From: Candidatus Eiseniibacteriota bacterium
Lineage (GTDB): Bacteria; Eisenbacteria; RBG-16-71-46; CAZAMP01
DNA: 64,000 nt
Direction of reading: 5' to 3'
NCBI GenBank assembly: GCA_965224245.1
Contig: OZ245046.1
Coordinates: 1,216,001 to 1,280,000, forward strand
Below the pieces are notes generated by a model. The model was not told the DNA's origin, ran no database searches, and saw only the letters and a program-made list of their open reading frames with translations. Shown one piece after another: positions 31,701-38,848 of this stretch. A program made the translations under genes and the position numbers. The first letter of the stretch is position 1; each line of letters opens with the position of its first letter.

Positions 31701-34700
31701 CTCGGCGGTGTTGCCGTGGAACACCAACCGGCGCAGCGTCGGCGTCGAGGTCGTATCGGCGAGGACCGCACCCCCGGAGCTGGTCGTGTAGCCGCCGGTG
31801 AGCGTGAGGCTCTCGATGACGGTCGCGCTCGTCTCACCCGAGTGGAACACGAAGGCCCGGTGCGGATCACCCGAGGATCCCTGGGCGTCGAGGATGACGG
31901 CCGCCGCATCGCCACTGGCGCCGACGATGACCAGGTCCTTGCCGCCGAGGTCGAGATCGCGGTTGCCGGCGCCGACGAACGTGCCGTCGCCCAGCGAGAG
32001 GGTGTCGCCGGCCAGCGCGGCATCGATGCCCGCCTGGAGGGTGGGGAAGTCCCCCAGCCCATCGGGGGTGATGCTGTACGCCAGGGAGATCGCGGCACAG
32101 CCGACGCCGAGCGCGCCGACGTCCCCGCCGCAGCTCGCACCGCCGGGGTGGCTGCCGTCCACGCACGGAGAGTTGGCCGCGAGCGTGTAGTCGGCGGCGC
32201 CGGCATCGCAGAACCGCGGGTCGGCGGAGAAGTTGTCGTCGATCGCGTCATCACCGGCCAGGCAGCCCACCCAGTCCCCGGCCGCGTTGCCGAACACGTC
32301 CGAGCAGGAGAGGCTCACGTCCCCGGTGCCCGCACAGGCCACGGGCTCGCCGGTGAGGTTACCGGCGATCAGTACCCGGGTACCCGACGGCACCGCATCG
32401 GTGGCCATGATCGCCGCCCCCACGGGAGCGTCGTTCTCGACGAACGTGCACGCCTCGAGCGTCAGGTCCGAGCCCATCGCGGCCGACAGCGCACCGCCGG
32501 AGACCTCGGCGGTGTTGCCGTGGAACACCAACCGGCGCAGCGTCGGCGTCGAGGTCGTATCGGCGAGGACCGCACCCCCGGAGCTGGTCGTGTAGCCGCC
32601 GGTGAGCGTGAGGCTCTCGATGATGGTGGCGCTCGTCTCACCCGAGTGGAAGGTGAACACCCGGTGCGGATCACCCGACGATCCCTGGGCGTCGATCACC
32701 ACCGACGCGGGATCGCCACTGGCGCCGACGATGACCAGGTCCTTGCCACCGAGGTCGAGGTCGCGGTTGCCGGCGCCGACGAACGTGCCGTCGCCCAGCG
32801 AGAGGGTGTCGCCGGCCAGCGCGGCGTCGATGCCCGCCTGGAGGGTGGGGAAGTCCCCGAGCCCATCGGGGGTGATGCTGTACGCCAGGGAGATCGCGGC
32901 ACAGCCGACGCCGAGCGCGCCGACGTCGCCGCCACAGCTCGCACCGCCGGGGTGGCTGCCGTCCACGCACGGAGAGTTGGCCGCGAGCGTGTAGTCCCCG
33001 GCACCGGCGTCACAGAACCGCGGATCGGCGGAGAAGTTGTCGTCGATCGCGTCGTCACCGGCCAGGCAGCCCACCCAGTCCCCGGCCGCGTTGCCGAACA
33101 CGTCCGAGCAGGAGAGGCTCACGTCCCCGGTGCCCGCGCACCCCACGGGCTCGCCGGTGAGGTTACCGGCGATCAGTACCCGGGTACCGGTGAGGGTGGC
33201 ATCGGTGGCCATGATCGCCGCCCCCACGGGAGCGTCGTTCTCGACGAACGTGCACGCCTCGAGCGTCAGGTCCGAGCCCATCGCGGCCGACAGCGCACCG
33301 CCGGAGACCTCGGCGGTGTTGCCGTGGAACACCAACCGGCGCAGCGTCGGCGTCGAGGTCGTGTCGGCCAGGATCGCACCGCCGGAGCTGGTCGTGTAAC
33401 CCCCCGTCAGGGTCACGTTCGCGATGAGCGTGGCGCTCGTCTCGCCGGAGTGGAAGGTGAACACCCGATGCGGATCACCCGAGGATCCTTGCGCGTCGAT
33501 CACCACCGACGCGGGATCGCCGCTGGCGCCGACGATGACCAGGTCCTTGCCGCCGAGGTCGAGATCGCGGTTGCCGGCGCCGACGAACGTGCCGTCGCCC
33601 AGCGAGAGGGTGTCGCCGGCCAGCGCAGCATCGATGCCCGCCTGGAGGGTCGGGAAGTCCCCCAGCCCATCAGGGGTGATCACGAAGACCTGCTGGTCCG
33701 CGGCACAGCCGACGCCCAGCGCGCCGACGTCCCCGCCGCAGCTCGCACCGCCCGGGTGGCTGCCGTCCACGCACGGGGAGTTGGCGGCGAGGGTGTAGTC
33801 GGCGGCGCCGGCATCGCAGAACCGCGGGTCGGCGGAGAAGTTGTCGTCGATCGCGTCATCACCGGCCAGGCAACCCACCCAGTCCCCGGCCGCATTGCCG
33901 AACACGTCCGAGCAGGAGAGGCTCACGTCCCCGGTGCCGGCACAGGCCACGGGCTCGCTGGTGAGGTTACCGGCGATCAGTACCCGGGTACCGGTGAGGG
34001 TGGCATCGGTGGCCATGATCGCCGCCCCCGCGGGGGCGTCGTTGTCGACGAACGTGCAGGACTCGATCACGACGTCGGAACTCTGGGCGCAAGCCAGCGC
34101 ACCGCCGGAGACCTCGGCCGTGTTGCCGTGGAACACCAGGCGACGCAGCGTCGGCGTCGAGGTCGTGTCGGCCAGGATCGCACCGCCGGAGCTGGTCGTG
34201 TAACCCCCCGTCAGAGTCACGTTCGCGATGAGCGTGGCGCTCGTCTCGCCGGAGTGGAAGGTGAACACCCGATGCGGATCACCCGAGGATCCCTGCGCGT
34301 CGATCACCACCGACGCCGCATCGCCGCTGGCGCCGACGATGACCAGGTCCTTGCCGCCGAGGTCGAGATCGCGGTTGCCGGCGCCGACGAACGTGCCGTC
34401 GCCCAGCGAGAGGGTGTCGCCGGCCAGCGCGGCATCGATGCCCGCCTGGAGCGTCGGGAAGTCCCCCAGCCCATCAGGGGTGATCACGAAGACCTGCTGG
34501 TCCGCCGCACACCCGACGCTGTGCGCGCCGACGTCCCCGCCGCAGCTCGCACCGCCGGGGTGGCTGCCGTCCACGCACGGGGAGTTGGCGGCGAGCGTGT
34601 AGTCCCCGGCACCGGCGTCACAGAACCGCGGATCGGCGGAGAAGTTGTCGTCGATCGCGTCGTCACCGGCCAGGCAGCCCACCCAGTCCCCGGCCGCGTT

Positions 34701-37700
34701 GCCGAACACGTCCGAGCAGGAGAGGCTCACGTCCCCGGTGCCCGCGCACCCCACGGGCTCGCCGGTGAGGTTACCGGCGATCAGTACCCGGGTACCGGTG
34801 AGGGTGGCATCGGTGGCCATGATCGCCGCCCCCACGGGAGCGTCGTTGTCGACGAACGTGCACGCCTCGAGCGTCAGGTCCGAGCCCATCGCGGCCGACA
34901 GCGCACCGCCGGAGACCTCGGCGGTGTTGCCGTGGAACACCAGGCGGCGCAGCGTCGGCGTCGAGGTCGTGTCGGCCAGGATCGCCCCCCCGGAGGCCGT
35001 CGTGTAGCCGCCGGTGAGCGTGAGGCTCTCGATGACGGTCGCGCTCGTCTCACCCGAGTGGAACACGAAGGCCCGGTGCGGATCACCCGAGGATCCCTGG
35101 GCGTCGAGGATGACGGCCGCCGCATCGCCACTGGCGCCGACGATGACCAGGTCCTTGCCGCCGAGGTCGAGATCGCGGTTGCCGGCCCCCACGAACGTGC
35201 CGTCGCCCAGCGAGAGGGTGTCGCCGGCGAGCGCAGCATCGATGCCGGCCTGGAGGGTGGGGAAGTCCCCCAGCCCATCGGGGGTGATCACGAAGACCTG
35301 CTGGTCCGCGGCACAGCCGACGCCCAGCGCGCCGACGTCCCCGCCGCAGCTCGCACCGCCGGGGTGGCTGCCGTCCACGCACGGGGAGTTGGCGGCGAGC
35401 GTGTAGTCCCCGGCACCGGCATCGCAGAACCGCGGGTCGGCGGAGAAGTTGTCGTCGATCGCGTCATCACCGGCCAGGCAACCCACCCAGTCCCCGGCCG
35501 CATTGCCGAACACGTCCGAGCAGGAGAGGCTCACGTCCCCGGTGCCCGCACAGGCCACGGGCTCGCCGGTGAGGTTACCGGCGATCAGTACCCGGGTACC
35601 CGACGGCACCGCATCGGTGGCCATGATCGCCGCCCCCACGGGAGCGTCGTTCTCGACGAACGTGCACGCCTCGAGCGTCAGGTCCGAGCCCATCGCGGCC
35701 GACAGCGCACCGCCGGAGACCTCGGCGGTGTTGCCGTGGAACACCAACCGGCGCAGCGTCGGCGTCGAGGTCGTATCGGCGAGGACCGCACCCCCGGAGC
35801 TGGTCGTGTAGCCGCCGGTGAGCGTGAGGCTCTCGATGACGGTCGCGCTCGTCTCACCCGAGTGGAACACGAAGGCCCGGTGCGGATCACCCGAGGATCC
35901 CTGGGCGTCGAGGATGACGGCCGCCGCATCGCCACTGGCGCCGACGATGACCAGGTCCTTGCCGCCGAGGTCGAGATCGCGGTTGCCGGCGCCGACGAAC
36001 GTGCCGTCGCCCAGCGAGAGGGTGTCGCCGGCCAGCGCGGCATCGATGCCCGCCTGGAGGGTGGGGAAGTCCCCCAGCCCATCGGGGGTGATGCTGTACG
36101 CCAGGGAGATCGCGGCACAGCCGACGCCGAGCGCGCCGACGTCCCCGCCGCAGCTCGCACCGCCGGGGTGGCTGCCGTCCACGCACGGAGAGTTGGCCGC
36201 GAGCGTGTAGTCGGCGGCGCCGGCATCGCAGAACCGCGGGTCGGCGGAGAAGTTGTCGTCGATCGCGTCATCACCGGCCAGGCAGCCCACCCAGTCCCCG
36301 GCCGCGTTGCCGAACACGTCCGAGCAGGAGAGGCTCACGTCCCCGGTGCCCGCGCACCCCACGGGCTCGCCGGTGAGGTTACCGGCGATCAACACCCGGG
36401 TACCCGACGGCACCGCATCGGTGGCCATGATCGCCGCACCGAGCGGAGCGTCGTTGTCGACGAACGTGCAGGACTCGATCACGACGTCGGAACTCTGGGC
36501 GCAAGCCAGCGCACCGCCGGAGACCTCGGCCGTGTTGCCGTGGAACAGCAGGCGACGCAGCGTCGGCGTCGAGGTCGTGTCGGCCAGGATCGCCCCCCCG
36601 GAGGCCGTCGTGTAGCCGCCGGTGAGCGTGAGGCTCTCGATGATGGTGGCGCTCGTCTCACCCGAGTGGAAGGTGAACACCCGGTGCGGATCACCCGACG
36701 ATCCCTGGGCGTCGATCACCACCGACGCGGGATCGCCACTGGCGCCGACGATGACCAGGTCCTTGCCACCGAGGTCGAGGTCGCGGTTGCCGGCGCCGAC
36801 GAACGTGCCGTCGCCCAGCGAGAGGGTGTCGCCGGCCAGCGCGGCGTCGATGCCCGCCTGGAGGGTGGGGAAGTCCCCGAGCCCATCGGGGGTGATGCTG
36901 TACGCCAGGGAGATCGCGGCACAGCCGACGCCGAGCGCGCCGACGTCGCCGCCACAGCTCGCACCGCCCGGGTGGCTGCCGTCCACGCACGGAGAGTTGG
37001 CCGCGAGCGTGTAGTCCCCGGCACCGGCGTCACAGAACCGCGGATCGGCGGAGAAGTTGTCGTCGATCGCGTCGTCACCGGCCAGGCAGCCCACCCAGTC
37101 CCCGGCCGCGTTGCCGAACACGTCCGAGCAGGAGAGGCTCACGTCCCCGGTGCCCGCGCACCCCACGGGCTCGCCGGTGAGGTTACCGGCGATCAGTACC
37201 CGGGTACCGGTGAGGGTGGCATCGGTGGCCATGATCGCCGCCCCCACGGGAGCGTCGTTCTCGACGAACGTGCACGCCTCGAGCGTCAGGTCCGAGCCCA
37301 TCGCGGCCGACAGCGCACCGCCGGAGACCTCGGCGGTGTTGCCGTGGAACACCAACCGGCGCAGCGTCGGCGTCGAGGTCGTGTCGGCCAGGATCGCACC
37401 GCCGGAGCTGGTCGTGTAACCCCCCGTCAGGGTCACGTTCGCGATGAGCGTGGCGCTCGTCTCGCCGGAGTGGAAGGTGAACACCCGATGCGGATCACCC
37501 GAGGATCCTTGCGCGTCGATCACCACCGACGCCGCATCGCCGCTGGCGCCGACGATGACCAGGTCCTTGCCGCCGAGGTCGAGATCGCGGTTGCCGGCCC
37601 CGACGAACGTGCCGTCACCCAGCGAGAGGGTGTCGCCGGCCAGCGCGGCGTCGATGCCCGCCTGGAGGGTGGGGAAGTCCCCGAGACCATCGGGCGTGAT

Positions 37701-37802
37701 CGAGAACGACGCGGCAGCGGCAGACTGCGCGGTCATGCTGACGAGGACGACGCCGACGAGGCCGGTCGAGATGATGCGCAAGGTGCGGCTCCTCGAAAAC
37801 AC
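22737..37802 (-). CDS. Giant (5021 aa) secreted repetitive right-handed beta-helix protein (adhesin-like) with Fn3-like modules and FlgD-Ig/T9SS-like CTD
   Basis: Signal peptide; 268-aa repeats with PTLQAGIDAA cap, GGA(I/L/V) and FxxN motifs and FSADPRFC..YTLAANSPC; C-terminal DNDQGRQ..DSGYSVDNLAP and GPNP..YDVGGREVARL..WDRRDARG..AGVY. Confidence 0.92.
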   Translation of the reverse strand: MFSRSRTLRIISTGLVGVVLVSMTAQSAAAASFSITPDGLGDFPTLQAGIDAALAGDTLSLGDGTFVGAGNRDLDLGGKDLVIVGASGDAASVVIDAQGSSGDPHRVFTFHSGETSATLIANVTLTGGYTTSSGGAILADTTSTPTLRRLVFHGNTAEVSGGALSAAMGSDLTLEACTFVENDAPVGAAIMATDATLTGTRVLIAGNLTGEPVGCAGTGDVSLSCSDVFGNAAGDWVGCLAGDDAIDDNFSADPRFCDAGAGDYTLAANSPCVDGSHPGGASCGGDVGALGVGCAAISLAYSITPDGLGDFPTLQAGIDAALAGDTLSLGDGTFVGAGNRDLDLGGKDLVIVGASGDPASVVIDAQGSSGDPHRVFTFHSGETSATIIESLTLTGGYTTASGGAILADTTSTPTLRRLLFHGNTAEVSGGALACAQSSDVVIESCTFVDNDAPLGAAIMATDAVPSGTRVLIAGNLTGEPVGCAGTGDVSLSCSDVFGNAAGDWVGCLAGDDAIDDNFSADPRFCDAGAADYTLAANSPCVDGSHPGGASCGGDVGALGVGCAAISLAYSITPDGLGDFPTLQAGIDAALAGDTLSLGDGTFVGAGNRDLDLGGKDLVIVGASGDAAAVILDAQGSSGDPHRAFVFHSGETSATVIESLTLTGGYTTSSGGAVLADTTSTPTLRRLVFHGNTAEVSGGALSAAMGSDLTLEACTFVENDAPVGAAIMATDAVPSGTRVLIAGNLTGEPVACAGTGDVSLSCSDVFGNAAGDWVGCLAGDDAIDDNFSADPRFCDAGAGDYTLAANSPCVDGSHPGGASCGGDVGALGVGCAADQQVFVITPDGLGDFPTLQAGIDAALAGDTLSLGDGTFVGAGNRDLDLGGKDLVIVGASGDAAAVILDAQGSSGDPHRAFVFHSGETSATVIESLTLTGGYTTASGGAILADTTSTPTLRRLVFHGNTAEVSGGALSAAMGSDLTLEACTFVDNDAPVGAAIMATDATLTGTRVLIAGNLTGEPVGCAGTGDVSLSCSDVFGNAAGDWVGCLAGDDAIDDNFSADPRFCDAGAGDYTLAANSPCVDGSHPGGASCGGDVGAHSVGCAADQQVFVITPDGLGDFPTLQAGIDAALAGDTLSLGDGTFVGAGNRDLDLGGKDLVIVGASGDAASVVIDAQGSSGDPHRVFTFHSGETSATLIANVTLTGGYTTSSGGAILADTTSTPTLRRLVFHGNTAEVSGGALACAQSSDVVIESCTFVDNDAPAGAAIMATDATLTGTRVLIAGNLTSEPVACAGTGDVSLSCSDVFGNAAGDWVGCLAGDDAIDDNFSADPRFCDAGAADYTLAANSPCVDGSHPGGASCGGDVGALGVGCAADQQVFVITPDGLGDFPTLQAGIDAALAGDTLSLGDGTFVGAGNRDLDLGGKDLVIVGASGDPASVVIDAQGSSGDPHRVFTFHSGETSATLIANVTLTGGYTTSSGGAILADTTSTPTLRRLVFHGNTAEVSGGALSAAMGSDLTLEACTFVENDAPVGAAIMATDATLTGTRVLIAGNLTGEPVGCAGTGDVSLSCSDVFGNAAGDWVGCLAGDDAIDDNFSADPRFCDAGAGDYTLAANSPCVDGSHPGGASCGGDVGALGVGCAAISLAYSITPDGLGDFPTLQAGIDAALAGDTLSLGDGTFVGAGNRDLDLGGKDLVIVGASGDPASVVIDAQGSSGDPHRVFTFHSGETSATIIESLTLTGGYTTSSGGAVLADTTSTPTLRRLVFHGNTAEVSGGALSAAMGSDLTLEACTFVENDAPVGAAIMATDAVPSGTRVLIAGNLTGEPVACAGTGDVSLSCSDVFGNAAGDWVGCLAGDDAIDDNFSADPRFCDAGAADYTLAANSPCVDGSHPGGASCGGDVGALGVGCAAISLAYSITPDGLGDFPTLQAGIDAALAGDTLSLGDGTFVGAGNRDLDLGGKDLVIVGASGDAAAVILDAQGSSGDPHRAFVFHSGETSATVIESLTLTGGYTTSSGGAVLADTTSTPTLRRLVFHGNTAEVSGGALSAAMGSDLTLEACTFVENDAPVGAAIMATDAVPSGTRVLIAGNLTGEPVACAGTGDVSLSCSDVFGNAAGDWVGCLAGDDAIDDNFSADPRFCDAGAGDYTLAANSPCVDGSHPGGASCGGDVGALGVGCAADQQVFVITPDGLGDFPTLQAGIDAALAGDTLSLGDGTFVGAGNRDLDLGGKDLVIVGASGDAAAVILDAQGSSGDPHRAFVFHSGETSATVIESLTLTGGYTTASGGAILADTTSTPTLRRLVFHGNTAEVSGGALSAAMGSDLTLEACTFVDNDAPVGAAIMATDATLTGTRVLIAGNLTGEPVGCAGTGDVSLSCSDVFGNAAGDWVGCLAGDDAIDDNFSADPRFCDAGAGDYTLAANSPCVDGSHPGGASCGGDVGAHSVGCAADQQVFVITPDGLGDFPTLQAGIDAALAGDTLSLGDGTFVGAGNRDLDLGGKDLVIVGASGDPASVVIDAQGSSGDPHRVFTFHSGETSATIIESLTLTGGYTTASGGAILADTTSTPTLRRLLFHGNTAEVSGGALSAAMGSDLTLEACTFVENDAPVGAAIMATDAVPSGTRVLIAGNLTGEPVGCAGTGDVSLSCSDVFGNAAGDWVGCLAGDDAIDDNFSADPRFCDAGAADYTLAANSPCVDGSHPGGASCGGDVGALGVGCAADQQVFVITPDGLGDFPTLQAGIDAALAGDTLSLGDGTFVGAGNRDLDLGGKDLVIVGASGDPASVVIDAQGSSGDPHRVFTFHSGETSATVIESLTLTGGYTTASGGAILADTTSTPTLRRLVFHGNTAEVSGGALSAAMGSDLTLEACTFVDNDAPAGAAIMATDATLTGTRVLIAGNLTSEPVACAGTGDVTLSCSDVFGNAAGDWVGCLAGDDAIDDNFSADPRFCDAGAGDYTLAANSPCVDGSHPGGASCGGDVGALGVGCAAISLAYSITPDGLGDFPTLQAGIDAALAGDTLSLGDGTFVGAGNRDLDLGGKDLVIVGASGDPASVVIDAQGSSGDPHRVFTFHSGETSATVIESLTLTGGYTTASGGAILADTTSTPTLRRLVFHGNTAEVSGGALSAAMGSDLTLEACTFVENDAPVGAAIMATDAVPSGTRVLIAGNLTGEPVGCAGTGDVSLSCSDVFGNAAGDWVGCLAGDDAIDDNFSADPRFCDAGAGDYTLAANSPCVDGSHPGGASCGGDVGALGVGCAAISLAYSITPDGLGDFPTLQAGIDAALAGDTLSLGDGTFVGAGNRDLDLGGKDLVIVGASGDAAAVILDAQGSSGDPHRAFVFHSGETSATVIESLTLTGGYTTSSGGAVLADTTSTPTLRRLVFHGNTAEVSGGALAALMGSDVALEACTFVDNDAPVGAAIMATDAVPSGTRVLIAGNLTGEPVGCAGTGDVSLSCSDVFGNAAGDWVGCLAGDDAIDDNFSADPRFCDAGAGDYTLAANSPCVDGSHPGGASCGGDVGALGVGCAADQQVFVITPDGLGDFPTLQAGIDAALAGDTLSLGDGTFVGAGNRDLDLGGKDLVIVGASGDPASVVIDAQGSSGDPHRAFTFHSGETSATVIESLTLTGGYTTASGGAILADTTSTPTLRRLVFHGNTAEVSGGALSAAMGSDLTLEACTFVDNDAPVGAAIMATDAVPSGTRVLIAGNLTGEPVGCAGTGDVSLSCSDVFGNAAGDWVGCLAGDDAIDDNFSADPRFCDAGAGDYTLAANSPCVDGSHPGGASCGGDVGALGVGCAADQQVFVITPDGLGDFPTLQAGIDAALAGDTLSLGDGTFVGAGNRDLDLGGKDLVIVGASGDPASVVIDAQGSSGDPHRVFTFHSGETSATVIESLTLTGGYTTASGGAILADTTSTPTLRRLVFHGNTAEVSGGALSAAMGSDLTLEACTFVENDAPVGAAIMATDAVPSGTRVLIAGNLTGEPVGCAGTGDVSLSCSDVFGNAAGDWVGCLAGDDAIDDNFSADPRFCDAGAGDYTLAANSPCVDGSHPGGASCGGDVGALGVGCAADQQVFVITPDGLGDFPTLQAGIDAALAGDTLSLGDGTFVGAGNRDLDLGGKDLVIVGASGDAASVVIDAQGSSGDPHRVFTFHSGETSATLIANVTLTGGYTTSSGGAILADTTSTPTLRRLVFHGNTAEVSGGALACAQSSDVVIESCTFYGNAAPSGGAIHGQDSSPTLSSTLIAENTAGGAVACSGTSEPTLACSNVFGNLGGDWVDCIALQDTLSSNFSADPLFCDAPANDLSLAENSPCLPGNHPAGESCGVIGALGQGCDVIVPRTWFVTDDGLGDAPTIQAAIDSARAGDDVLVEAGSYTWTSQSSSGPSMLTMKSGVLLHSTSGSALTTVDAEGQGRCLDLSGVDSTGVVVGFAFTGGAAVDGAGMRVDGGNPIVRSSRFYENAATRDGGGAYLSSGASPTLEDNRFDGNTADRYGGAIASFSSSLSLLRDAVDTNVATARGGGLYLVFSTLDADSVTISGNDAGVGLGGGTYIFGEGATEAASQAFTACTFSGNSAFYGGGVYARGASQGGSGTTFDACVFDTNAADAQGGGVLCFNQSHLAFQGCTFYANRAGTGAHVRAVGDSDPVLSQSILSFATIGDAISCSDVVDEPQISCCDVYGNAGGDALCGADLGGNFSLDPEFINAAAGDFHLLGSSPCLPGNHPSGASCGLIGAFGLADALPLLLSLEDVDNDQGRQIRLKWQRSFYDAPDDGVDVLGYELYRRQDLFRKGARLEGWDYVSTVPAHGEAIYQTVAPTLCDSTIADGQCFSVFFVRATTDDPLTFFDSPPDSGYSVDNLAPDPPAGLAFTTPVLLEWEAASEADFDTYTIYGSESEELDPEATLLGQTSEPLFDITGTSFAFYHVTTSDFSGNESDASSIGGVVGVDELPLPTVFALRRAGPNPARGWTLIAYDLPEPAPVRLSLYDVGGREVARLVDARQAAGRYEIQWDRRDARGAHLPAGVYFLTWRAGTHDATRRLVFLD
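25206..37700 (-). repeat. Intragenic tandem array: 16 copies of an 804-bp unit (16th near-identical only in its first half)
   Basis: Unit starts (ITPDG) recur every 804 bp from 37700 to 25640; shadow ORFs recur with the same period. Confidence 0.97.
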
Positions 37803-38073
37803 TGGAAGTTTGGATCAGCGAGCGGGTGACGAGGAGTCTATCACGCGCGGCTGCCCGGAACCTCCGGCCGTGTGCGGGCGGTTGGGGACCGCCGCTCCAA
37901 AACGACCGGGTTCTCCGGCCTCAGGTGCCCCCACCGGTGAGCCGGCGAGCGAGCCTCCGGGGGCGCTGGCCCCGGCATCGGGGCCTCGGCCCCACAGGGA
38001 GGTTCGATGGCCGGAGAGCGACGAATCGGGGGTGGCAGCGGACACCACCGGCCCGGTCATCCGACCCCAGACG

Positions 38074-38643
38074 TCAACGAGCGGCTCGGAGCCCCACGGG
38101 CGTCTCGTCGAAGTCGGTGCCGCAGCGCCGGCAGTGGAGATCCCCCCGCAAGCGCCTTCCACAGCGGCAGACCCACCCGATGCGCCGGGCCGGGTTGCCC
38201 ACCACCAGGGCGTGTGGCGTGACGTCGCGGTTCACGACCGAGCCGGCGCCCACCACACACCACGCGCCGAGACGCGTCCCGCACACGATGGTGGCGTTGG
38301 CGCCGATGCTCGCACCCTCCTCGACGACGGTGGGGAGCCAGTCGCCGGGAGACGAGCGGTAGTCCGGGTGCGCCCTCGGGATCCGGTCGTTGGTGAAGAC
38401 GGCGTTGGGTCCGACGAACACGTAGTCCTCGAGCGTGACCCGGTCCCAGACCGAGACCCCGTTCTTGACGACGACGTGATCGCCGATCGTGGCCCCCGAC
38501 TCGATGAACGTGGAGTCGCCGATGTTGCACGACGCGCCGATCCTCGCGCCGGACATCACGTGCGCGAAAGCCCATATCCGCGTGTTCGGTCCCACGCTCT
38601 CGCTCTCGTTGATCCCGTTGGGATGCACGAATACCTCGCTCAC
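38074..38643 (-). CDS. Hexapeptide-repeat N-acetyltransferase (WbpD/WxcM-like sugar acyltransferase)
   Basis: TRIWAFAHV..ARIGASCNIG, VFVGPNAVFTND, GASIGANATIVCG, VVGNPAR, C-terminal CxC..CxxC. Confidence 0.9.
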   Translation of the reverse strand: MSEVFVHPNGINESESVGPNTRIWAFAHVMSGARIGASCNIGDSTFIESGATIGDHVVVKNGVSVWDRVTLEDYVFVGPNAVFTNDRIPRAHPDYRSSPGDWLPTVVEEGASIGANATIVCGTRLGAWCVVGAGSVVNRDVTPHALVVGNPARRIGWVCRCGRRLRGDLHCRRCGTDFDETPVGLRAAR

Positions 38644-38848
38644 GATCGATGCCTCCTCGGGGGATGGACCACGGTGGGCTCACTCCAATAGCGGCCGGGG
38701 AGCGGGGTTTCTGGAGCGCCCACCCCGCACCGAGCGGGTGAACTTGTGATCGGGTCCGGTTGAATTCAGATCGCAGTCTGATACGATCTCGACGTATCTG
38801 TCGAAAACGCAACTCATTCGCGTCGTGTCACTTCCAAAGGAAGCTGCC

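Noticed and set aside
25206-37700. Repeat array as CRISPR, DGR target or mobile element
   Set aside because: Units are 804-bp in-frame coding repeats without spacers; no cas, reverse transcriptase, recombinase or transposase gene recognised in the window
25170-37829. 4219-aa ORF on the + strand antisense to the giant gene
   Set aside because: Shadow frame: one stop-free high-GC unit repeated 16 times gives a long ORF; the product is R/V/G-rich with no motifs, while the minus strand has a signal peptide and domains
37803-38073. Possible structured RNA or small ORF upstream of the giant gene
   Set aside because: GC-rich pairings only; no recognisable riboswitch consensus or convincing coding signal
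38780-38798. GATACG-N7-CGTATC inverted repeat in a divergent intergenic region
   Set aside because: Only 6-bp arms and no second copy noticed; may be chance
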